DNA of 29,586 bases from Candidatus Thorarchaeota archaeon. Its GTDB lineage: Archaea > Asgardarchaeota > Thorarchaeia > Thorarchaeales > Thorarchaeaceae. The translations under genes were made by a program, and so were the position numbers. The notes under the pieces were generated by a model, which had not been told where the DNA came from, searched no databases, and saw only the letters and a list, made by a program, of their open reading frames with translations. Numbering within the stretch: the first letter of the stretch is position 1; every line of letters begins with the position of its first letter. Location of the stretch: contig JAOUFI010000026.1 of the NCBI GenBank assembly GCA_029858305.1, forward strand, positions 1 to 29,586, written 5' to 3'. Below, in pieces: positions 9,441 to 17,405 of the stretch.

Positions 9441-11144
9441 TAGATTGTATGAAAAAACGGAATCTGTATTTTTTATAGGACACATTGGTTGAGCAACTAT
9501 TTCGATTGTGATTGTAATGTTTGTTCTCATCCAGATTGAAACGTTTACTAAATTAATAATTGGGATATAATAAGGAACAGTGAGTTCTAAGCGTAGTAAA
9601 TGTATTCCTGGAGCTATCCATTGCGGCAAATCTACTGTTGTTATTTGGGTGGAGTCAATATTTTCTAGGGTGACAAAAGGAAAAATTTCACTGTCATAGT
9701 ATACAACTAGTGTGACCAGTTCTATTGTAGAATTATTGTTATCAAAAACTGCGAGATTTAGTTGGATATTCTCATTATAGTATGCAGATACTATTGATAT
9801 GTTTGCATTAAGTTCTCCAAGTACGATAAGTTCGAATGAAGAAGCAATGTCTGAAAATTCATAGTAGTTACTTTTGATGTAAGGATGTATAACATGAGGC
9901 CCTATTGATAGATTGTTCCAAGCAGTAAATATCAATGTATTACTGGAATCTGGCAATGCATCTGCTGAAACATTGATTTCTTCACAATCGTCTATGAATT
10001 CGATGAGTATCTCTTCACCCCAGTTGAATTCCTCGTCAATTAAGAACTCAATAGTTGTTGTGTTCCCATGTACAACCGACCAATTATTTTGGATTGGCCA
10101 GAAAGAAAGTACGTTTTTGATGGCTTCGATTGGTATAGATATGTTAACAATCTGGTAAGTTGGGTTGACAGCTGTTATATTAATTAAATAGATTCCTGAG
10201 GCTGTTTGAAATGGAATTGTTGTATTATATTCGCCATTACCAAGATTCGTTAATTCGCCACTTCCAAAGCTTGTATTCCAATAAAGTATACTATCATCGA
10301 TTCCTGTTTGATCTGCAGCTGTATGTTTGACAATAATGTCTGCGTACTCAAAATGGCTTCCATCAGGAGACTGACATGGAATTGATTCCGGTACCGTGAG
10401 AAGAACAAGATTAGATGAGGCGGGTACTACATTAACATGCAATGTTTTTGAAAAACTCAGAAAATCATCATTGCCAAATCCATTGATAACCAAATCATAG
10501 ATTCCAGGGGGTCCCATTGAGTTATTCCATTGTAGACCAAAAGTTCCATCCATATTTGTAGAGATTGTTTTGTTGATGATAGTCGTGGAACTGGAATCTT
10601 TAACATGAATATTGACAGCTTCATTACGATAGGGGATATTGTCATTATATACAGAAACAACTTTGAGATTGAATGTTGTGTTCGTGCCGGATTGTACAAT
10701 TAAAGAAGAAAGAGGGATAACGGTAAGATGACCTCTTGTGATACTCACTTCAATACTATCCTCTGCGCCTTGAGATACTGTATCAAATATTTCAACATTA
10801 AATAACACAAAAGCAAGAGAATCGTTCTCTCCGGGATTCGTATGTTCTGGCAAGATTGTATAGGATGAATTTACTATACGCGCTTCTGGTAGAGGCGGAA
10901 TAAAATACTCATCTGCAAAAGTAGGTCCTAAATCAGTAACAACAGCAAAGGAAACATAGCACCATCCTTCAGGACTAAAGTCGGCAATTAGTCTCGCAGC
11001 CATTTCAATAGTTTCGCCGACTTCATAGACCATCTTGTCAGTTTCAAAATATTGAAAGTCAAAATAGAATGCTGTAGCAGGAAATGTCAGTCCAAATATC
11101 ACTAATAGAGAAATGGGAATTACTGCTAGGATTCTTTTCCGCAC
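9327..11144 (-). CDS. Secreted Ig-like/beta-sandwich repeat surface glycoprotein
   Basis: Signal peptide MRKRILAVIPISLLVIFGLTFPATA; beta-strand repeats (TDKMVYEVGETI, TNMDGTF, PGIYDLVI, LGNGEYN); many N-x-S/T sequons. Confidence 0.75.
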   Translation of the reverse strand: MRKRILAVIPISLLVIFGLTFPATAFYFDFQYFETDKMVYEVGETIEMAARLIADFSPEGWCYVSFAVVTDLGPTFADEYFIPPLPEARIVNSSYTILPEHTNPGENDSLAFVLFNVEIFDTVSQGAEDSIEVSITRGHLTVIPLSSLIVQSGTNTTFNLKVVSVYNDNIPYRNEAVNIHVKDSSSTTIINKTISTNMDGTFGLQWNNSMGPPGIYDLVINGFGNDDFLSFSKTLHVNVVPASSNLVLLTVPESIPCQSPDGSHFEYADIIVKHTAADQTGIDDSILYWNTSFGSGELTNLGNGEYNTTIPFQTASGIYLINITAVNPTYQIVNISIPIEAIKNVLSFWPIQNNWSVVHGNTTTIEFLIDEEFNWGEEILIEFIDDCEEINVSADALPDSSNTLIFTAWNNLSIGPHVIHPYIKSNYYEFSDIASSFELIVLGELNANISIVSAYYNENIQLNLAVFDNNNSTIELVTLVVYYDSEIFPFVTLENIDSTQITTVDLPQWIAPGIHLLRLELTVPYYIPIINLVNVSIWMRTNITITIEIVAQPMCPIKNTDSVFSYNLLPFHGINQLIRFNHPASTYFIQWNYNNRVSYYTQDFS

Positions 11145-11267
11145 TTTCCAGCACCAAAAGACAGTCTATATGCTGCCTAAAAAAGAGCACAGGGAAGTAA
11201 CGACAGGTTTAATTCGAAACTAGACCAGCCTTGAATCTAAGCCCCTGAAAGATTGGAGATTATACTC

Positions 11268-11633
11268 ATGGTAATTAGGTTCAAGGACACAACAATTGAC
11301 TCCATTGAAGATACAGAAACAAGGAGATTGAAAATATTGAAGATATCGTCAAGGGCGGAAGGAGCTGCTCTCACACTTGAACTGCCAGAAGCGCTTTGTG
11401 GTTCATTAACAGCTGGCGATAATATCAGTATTATAATTGATTCTAAGCCCATACCAACAGGTGAGTCATCTAAAATCTATGTAGAAGGTAATGTATTCAA
11501 GAAGGTAATTAAAGATAATCTAGAAGTTGTTGGATCCATCGGTGGTCTGCGGTTAGTGTTGACCCTTGCAAAGACAACACCCAGTCAAAGTAGCACTTTT
11601 GATTTAGACAAATTCTATATGACAATCAAATGA
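11268..11633 (+). CDS. rpoG: RNA polymerase subunit G (Rpo8, Rpb8 homologue)
   Basis: About 120 aa, all-beta OB-like, with the Rpb8 C-terminal signature (VVGSIGGLRL, cf. SFGGLL); GGAG SD before ATG 11268; next to a tfb-like gene. Confidence 0.72.
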   Translation: MVIRFKDTTIDSIEDTETRRLKILKISSRAEGAALTLELPEALCGSLTAGDNISIIIDSKPIPTGESSKIYVEGNVFKKVIKDNLEVVGSIGGLRLVLTLAKTTPSQSSTFDLDKFYMTIK

Positions 11634-11801
11634 TTCCACTTACTACCAATCATCGGAATACTTTCGGTCATCTCTTTCTGACTGAGCCGTTTGAATTCTC
11701 GTAATAAAGGGCATTATTCGTTCCAGTGGATTTCTACCCAGTACAAGTGTATGAACTATAGCTGAAACCCAGTTAGGAGAGGATGTGCACATTCTTAATG
11801 G

Positions 11802-12845
11802 GTGTGGTTTTTGACTGATGGAACATATGAAACTCGTTCAATATCGTCATGGAAATGTCCAGATTGTAATGGTTTTTTGATTACTAGTCGAGGGCATATA
11901 GTATGTGCAGAGTGCGGCTTGGTTATCTCTAGAGAGTACGTCTTCCCTACATACCAGATGGGTGAAGAACGATATGGTGATACTCCTGACGCTAGTGTAT
12001 ACGTATCATTAGGCAATAGAATTCACATTGTTGATGGTCTTGGAAGCTATATTGGATTTCACAAGGATAAATATTTTCAAGACGCACATGGCCAAGCATT
12101 AACTGCACGTACTCAAAAGAAGTTCAAACGGCTTAAGATAATATATAGCACACGAATAAGAATCGGAAAAAATGAGGCAAAGTATCGAGCTCTCCGGACT
12201 CTTAATCATGTGTCCAAATTATTGATGCTAAATGAGCAAGTAAGAGATCGTACAGCATATCTCTACAAGAAAGTGACATCAGAAACTGCAGAAAGTGTGG
12301 GAAATAATATTCTACTCATAGCAGTGTGTCTTCTCATGGCTGTAAGAGAGTTCAAGGATGGAGCTCCAATAACACTAGACGAAATAGCTGATGTTTTTGA
12401 GAAATGTGGACATCGTGTCAATGTTAGAGCAATGGTACGAGAAGCTCTTCGGCTCAAGTCACTAACAGGTTATGCCCCAGAAATTCGTAAGCCAAAGGAC
12501 TATGTTCCACGAGTCCTTTCAATGTTAATGAACAATGCACGCGTGTCTAGCAAGGTCAAATCGCGTGGATGGGATCTTAAATCGTATGAAAATGCACTCA
12601 GAGAAAAAATAGCGATGGTTCTAGAAATGATACCATCTTCAAAACGTGGGGGACGTAATCCGTTCATATTCACGGTTTCAGTAGCTTATGCTAGTGACCG
12701 CCTGATTGCTGCCGAATATGGAAAAAGCCCTGTCCTAACTCAGAAGCTGACATCAACAGCAACTGAAGTAGCAGAGTATAGTATTAGAGACCACTTTGGA
12801 ATGATGAAGGGGATTATTGAACTCTCTAGTGAGGTTGTGCAGTGA
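11802..12845 (+). CDS. tfb: Divergent transcription initiation factor IIB (TFB) paralogue
   Basis: Zn ribbon CPDC..RGHIVCAECGLVI; two cyclin-like repeats (PITLDEIA; GRNP...LTQK...VAEYSIRDHF). Confidence 0.85.
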   Translation: MWFLTDGTYETRSISSWKCPDCNGFLITSRGHIVCAECGLVISREYVFPTYQMGEERYGDTPDASVYVSLGNRIHIVDGLGSYIGFHKDKYFQDAHGQALTARTQKKFKRLKIIYSTRIRIGKNEAKYRALRTLNHVSKLLMLNEQVRDRTAYLYKKVTSETAESVGNNILLIAVCLLMAVREFKDGAPITLDEIADVFEKCGHRVNVRAMVREALRLKSLTGYAPEIRKPKDYVPRVLSMLMNNARVSSKVKSRGWDLKSYENALREKIAMVLEMIPSSKRGGRNPFIFTVSVAYASDRLIAAEYGKSPVLTQKLTSTATEVAEYSIRDHFGMMKGIIELSSEVVQ

Positions 12846-12908
12846 TTTGTTATCACTAATCGGTGCTATAGCAATTATGAAGACATCTATCGACGGAGAA
12901 TGTTCTGA

Positions 12909-14603
12909 ATGAAGCAGGGAGTTAGTGTCATCCATTGCTCGGTGGATAGATGTGAAAGCTGTTGTAATAGAAAAGAATCAAGATGCAAGAAGCTGTATGC
13001 GTTATTCGAGGAAGCTCACAGACCAATTGTTCTTACAGAAACTGATCGTGGACTGCTGCATTTATGGTTTCCAGACCATCCCTTGCTAAACGACCCCCCG
13101 TGGTACTCTGAAGGATGGGAATCGGTGTTCATTGGAACTAATAACGCCCTTTTTCGCGAACTTGATGATCTCATTGATGTTTATTGTGTTGGACCATATC
13201 TCTGCTTCTTCATGAAACAATATAATGAACATCAAATTAGATTCATGTATGTACCGATAGTGAGAACCTCGTTAGAGCTTTCATTGTTGAGTAATCTTGC
13301 GAGTGAGTTCAAGAATATTGCGAATCCACTTCCAGGGGTTAGAGAACAATTAACAACGCAGCAGACACGAATAATGAATGAAATCTCAGGTCATATTCAG
13401 AAATACATACCGGAAATAAACGAGAATACGAGAATAAGACTATCTCAAATTGCAGCTCATTCGACAAACACACTTGGTCCTCTATTTCCAATTCTATTAG
13501 ATGAATTGACAGAGGAGGTGTATTTTGATGGACCTGATACTACAGTATATTTTGATCACCAGAAATATGGCAGATGTATCACATCGATTACATACAGCGT
13601 CGACGAAGTCCCACGAATTATTACATTCATTAGGGCAGAAAGTAATTTGCATCTTGATAGAGGAAATCCGTCCCTTAAAATGGAATTGAATCTTTTAGGT
13701 ATAGTACTCCGTTTATCTGTTAGCATACCTCCTCTAAGTACAGAGGGGTTGTACCTTGAGATTCGTCGTGCTCGTAAAGAACCATTCTCGATTAAGAGCC
13801 TTATTGAGAATGAAACTATTACACCGCAAGCTGCTGCAATACTGATATTAGCAATCGTAAGTAGACTCAATATTACTATAACTGGAGGACCAGGAACAGG
13901 AAAAACAACTCTTCTAAACGCATTAGATATGATTACACCTCACTGGTGGAGGAAAATCTACATAGAGGATGCAATTGAAAGCAGAACATTAACAAACCAA
14001 CACCAAGTCAGACTACAAGTTAATCCTGTTGATGAACATCATAAGACACTGAATAAAAGCGAGGAGATAGTAAAATGCCTTCATCGCTCGCCGGATTATC
14101 TAATTCTTGGAGAAATTCAGACTATTGAACATAGTCAATCTTTATTCCAAGCAATAGCGGCAGGGCTTCGTTCGATACAGACTTGTCATAGTGACTCAGC
14201 TTCTAGTTTAATATCAAGATGGAATCTTGGGCACGGAATTGAAAAATCAAATCTGGGATTGATGGATCTTATTGTCACACTGGAAAGACCAAAACCTGGG
14301 GAGTCACTACGTTATGTCAAGGAGATTGTGGAGATACGGAAAGTTATGAAAAATGGACTTCTGGAATTCCTTGGCACAAATATTTTGTATGATGTTATGA
14401 ATCCAAATGTTATACATTGGACACAAGATGGTACATTCCAGAATCTTGCAAGAAGCCTTGATATCAAAGATCATCAAAGTGTAATCGATACACTGATAGA
14501 AACAGTTCGAAATTGTAAAAATGATATGGACTTTGAGAAACTTGGTGAGAGAATGTGGTCATTCGGGCATCCAATGAGATTTACTGGATTTCAATCTAGG
14601 TAA
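12909..14603 (+). CDS. Type II/IV secretion ATPase (VirB11/TadA/CpaF/FlaI family)
   Basis: LSVSIPPLS..LEIRR, Walker A GGPGTGKTT, Asp box YIEDAIE, Walker B HRSPDYLILGEI, His box QTCHS; Cys-rich N-terminus. Confidence 0.9.
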   Translation: MKQGVSVIHCSVDRCESCCNRKESRCKKLYALFEEAHRPIVLTETDRGLLHLWFPDHPLLNDPPWYSEGWESVFIGTNNALFRELDDLIDVYCVGPYLCFFMKQYNEHQIRFMYVPIVRTSLELSLLSNLASEFKNIANPLPGVREQLTTQQTRIMNEISGHIQKYIPEINENTRIRLSQIAAHSTNTLGPLFPILLDELTEEVYFDGPDTTVYFDHQKYGRCITSITYSVDEVPRIITFIRAESNLHLDRGNPSLKMELNLLGIVLRLSVSIPPLSTEGLYLEIRRARKEPFSIKSLIENETITPQAAAILILAIVSRLNITITGGPGTGKTTLLNALDMITPHWWRKIYIEDAIESRTLTNQHQVRLQVNPVDEHHKTLNKSEEIVKCLHRSPDYLILGEIQTIEHSQSLFQAIAAGLRSIQTCHSDSASSLISRWNLGHGIEKSNLGLMDLIVTLERPKPGESLRYVKEIVEIRKVMKNGLLEFLGTNILYDVMNPNVIHWTQDGTFQNLARSLDIKDHQSVIDTLIETVRNCKNDMDFEKLGERMWSFGHPMRFTGFQSR

Positions 14604-14699
14604 TCTTGTTGTAAATGATATAAAATAGTAGATTTCTAATTTGAATTTCTTTTAGGACCTTAAAAGAGTCAAAGATGATGTAAACTCAGGGTGTATATT

Positions 14700-14906
14700 A
14701 TGATTGATCAAAATCCAATTAATAATGAGCAGGGCGGTCCATTAGTTGAGGAAAGCCTTCTTCTGGGACTTGCTGTGGTAACTGTATCAATAGTTATTGC
14801 AGTTATCCTCCAAGCTACGGGATGGGCACAGGATGTTATCACAGGCCTGCTACAGCTCCTACAGGATAGCTGGAGTAATCTCACTCAACTATTCAATATG
14901 CCATGA
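14700..14906 (+). CDS. Flp/type IV-like prepilin with class III signal peptide
   Basis: MIDQNPINNEQG|GPLVE: Gly at -1, Glu at +5, then a ~20-aa hydrophobic helix and amphipathic tail; 68 aa, directly after the TadA-like ATPase. Confidence 0.7.
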   Translation: MIDQNPINNEQGGPLVEESLLLGLAVVTVSIVIAVILQATGWAQDVITGLLQLLQDSWSNLTQLFNMP

Positions 14907-14958
14907 TTTCTCTATAGTGATTTTTTGTATATCATGCCATTAAGAAGATGGGGAAAGG

Positions 14959-14966
14959 CTTATTTG
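14959..14966 (+). promoter_or_regulatory. Putative TATA box (with purine-rich BRE) of tRNA-Glu
   Basis: GGGAAAGG-CTTATTTG about 25-30 nt upstream of 14992. Confidence 0.4.
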
Positions 14967-15012
14967 TGGACCAAAGGAGGATGCTTCCCACGCTCCGGGC
15001 TGGCATACCTAA

Positions 15013-15123
15013 GCTCCGGTAGTCTGTTGAAGTATCAAACTACAATAGCACCGAATGTAGTCCGGCCCAGCATGGGGGATTCTCGATCCCCCGACCCGGG
15101 TTCAAATCCCGGCCGGAGCACCA
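15013..15123 (+). tRNA. tRNA-Glu(CTC) with a 33-nt intron (15023-15055) at non-canonical position 10/11; CCA encoded
   Basis: Removing 15023-15055 gives GCTCCGG-TA-GTGT-AGTCCGGCCCA-GCAT-G-GGGGA-TTCTCGA-TCCCC-CGAC-CCGGG-TTCAAAT-CCCGG-CCGGAGC-A-CCA, a typical archaeal tRNA-Glu; BHB-like motif at the junctions. Confidence 0.9.
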
Positions 15124-15134
15124 CGTTCTATTAG

Positions 15135-17099
15135 TTATCTAGTAAGATATCGTTGTCTTATCACTGGAATTGTTATAATAGTAAGAGACAATATTATGCT
15201 CAAAGTAAACCCTCCGATACCAATCCCTTGAGAAGCTAGAATGTCTGCTATTTGAATCGGAATCTCGATAAAACCAGAGGAATAAAACAAACCATGACCA
15301 CTTTCCACCTCGTAGTAAAGTGAATAATTACCACTTTCTAAAGGTACGGGAAGATGAAGTACTATAGAGCCGCCTTGTTGTGACAGGACACTGATTTCAT
15401 TGGAAAGCCAGATGAATTTAGTTGGTATTCCTGTTAGCAAAGATCCGTTCAAGCACTGAACCTTGAGATATATTGCAACCTCTTGGAGTGGTGGGAAAAC
15501 CTCAAAGTTATACAGCTCTAAACGAACCGGAATAAGCCTACTGACCGTGAGTTGATAATCATACTTTACTGGGATTTCATATAGAGTATTATTACCTGTA
15601 TAAGCAATAGAAACGTTATACAAACCTTCTGAGTGTGGTGCGATTATTCTCAAAGAGGCGATTCCATCAGTATCAGTTGTTTCAGAAGCTGTAACAAGAC
15701 CGCTGATTAGGATTCGGAGGGGTCGGAGAGAACAATTACCACTCCAATCTGTCAACTTGATAGTAAAAATTATCTCCTGATCTGGAGAAGCATAATGAAC
15801 GATATTGCTATCCTGCAAAACTAAAACTGGTCTAGACCAAACTAGCAAAGAGAGGTATTGAGTGTCATTCGTAATGAATGGATTTTCTACGTTCACTTTC
15901 AGATTATGTATACCGGGAGGAGCAAGAAATGGAAATAGAATATGTGACATTGGAGGAGTATAGAGAGCTTGCAGGGTTGTGTTGAGTTCATTTGCACCAT
16001 CCGAAATCGTGATGAGTGTTCCTTCAAATGGACGACCAAAATAATCAAGAACTATTATTGTTATTTGTGAAATACTCCCAACTATTGGAATTTCAGGGAT
16101 TTTGATATCTAGTAAGGCGGGGCTCATGATGTTTACTTCAATAATAGTTAGCGAACTGGTATAACGTTCGGTCCCATTGTATGCAAATTGAAAAGAATAC
16201 ATTCCAGGTATGAATTTGGGGTCTATATTGAGGTAGAATGTGGCATTACCAAAGGCATTTGTTATGAGCGTGTCAAAAATGACACCATCGAGATATACTC
16301 CAATTTCTGTAGCAGAAATGCCATTCTCGTTTCCTGATAAGTTTACATCAATATTAATTGTGTCATTAAGTAGAATCTCATTCGGATAATCTTCAACATA
16401 AATAGAGGTCACTATTTGTTGTATATCAATTGTGATTGATTCTTCGACTCTTGCATAGAAGTTAACAAGATCCTCTTCGTGTACGATACGAATTATATTC
16501 TCACCAAAAGATGCCCAAGAGAGATTGCATTGTATTGAGAATAGAGCTATCCCGGATGAGTTTGTAGTAGAAGATGCAAGTATAGTATTACCACTAAGTG
16601 CAATAAGGGAAGAATCTGATATTGGATTGTTTGTATCATCAAGTAGAGAAGCTGCTAACCGAAAGGAATCACTAGGTGCAAAGGGTCCAATCTCGTAGTC
16701 GATAATTATCTGCATAGAAGATACAATATTCAGAAGTATCCACTGAGTTGATGGAGAGAGAAAAAGTAATTCATTGCCTCGAAATGTTGCATTGACAAGT
16801 GTAGGCCCTAATGGAAAACTTGGTGAGATTGTCCAATTTATTGAAGCTATGCCATTACCATCAGTTGTATCAGTATCTATTAACACATTATTAGTCTGAT
16901 CAAAGAATTCAATCAGTTGGTTAGGAACAGGAGCGCCATAAGTTCCATTCTGCAATAGTTGAGCAGTGATGGTAACATTTTCACCACGCTGGACAACAAT
17001 TTTCTCTTCAGCACTAACTGTATTGGCCGATGAAGCAAGTACCAGTAGAATTAGGATTCCGGCGAATAATAGAGAAGTGCATATGCGAGTTGGTTTCAG
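15135..17099 (-). CDS. Membrane-anchored Ig-like repeat surface glycoprotein (about 654 aa, probable CTG start)
   Basis: The frame stays open upstream of the track start (16955) and encodes a signal peptide (LKPTRICTSLLFAGILILLVLASSANTVSA|EE). Repeats TTDGNGIA/TTNSSGIA/TTDTDGIA and AYNGTE/AYTGNN; C-terminal TM plus basic tail (IRQRYLTR). Confidence 0.8.
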   Translation of the reverse strand: MKPTRICTSLLFAGILILLVLASSANTVSAEEKIVVQRGENVTITAQLLQNGTYGAPVPNQLIEFFDQTNNVLIDTDTTDGNGIASINWTISPSFPLGPTLVNATFRGNELLFLSPSTQWILLNIVSSMQIIIDYEIGPFAPSDSFRLAASLLDDTNNPISDSSLIALSGNTILASSTTNSSGIALFSIQCNLSWASFGENIIRIVHEEDLVNFYARVEESITIDIQQIVTSIYVEDYPNEILLNDTINIDVNLSGNENGISATEIGVYLDGVIFDTLITNAFGNATFYLNIDPKFIPGMYSFQFAYNGTERYTSSLTIIEVNIMSPALLDIKIPEIPIVGSISQITIIVLDYFGRPFEGTLITISDGANELNTTLQALYTPPMSHILFPFLAPPGIHNLKVNVENPFITNDTQYLSLLVWSRPVLVLQDSNIVHYASPDQEIIFTIKLTDWSGNCSLRPLRILISGLVTASETTDTDGIASLRIIAPHSEGLYNVSIAYTGNNTLYEIPVKYDYQLTVSRLIPVRLELYNFEVFPPLQEVAIYLKVQCLNGSLLTGIPTKFIWLSNEISVLSQQGGSIVLHLPVPLESGNYSLYYEVESGHGLFYSSGFIEIPIQIADILASQGIGIGGFTLSIILSLTIITIPVIRQRYLTR

Positions 17100-17405
17100 A
17101 GAATTACCCCCTTTAATCTGATATGAAACTCAAGTGAAATGGTACATACTAGAGTGATTCTAACCTTAGTAATTCCATACAATGCTTCTTTGAGTGTCAA
17201 GATACGTCCACCAGTATTGAACTGAATTAATAGGGTACATTCAAGCCCACCTTGAGTTAGTTTGTATGTTTTTAACCTCCTATTGATTAAACATCAATGG
17301 GGTTCAGTGTTGAGGGGAGTTCTTATGGCAAACACGGACACAATGGTTCGATTCTAGTGAAACGATTCTCGTGAGAGGAATTGCGAATCGAGGGATTATA
17401 GATTC

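Noticed and set aside
12909-14906. Archaellum operon
   Set aside because: No ArlH, ArlJ or archaellin genes; the pilin is Flp-sized.
14992-15019. Second intron in the acceptor stem, or an att-site remnant
   Set aside because: The registers tested gave no BHB central helix, and a 7-bp repeat 21 nt apart is too short and too close for an att site.
8022-15123. Integrated element between the two tRNAs
   Set aside because: No integrase, no duplicated tRNA 3' end (att site), and core genes such as rpoG lie inside.
14925-15134. 69-aa ORF
   Set aside because: It spans tRNA-Glu; spurious.
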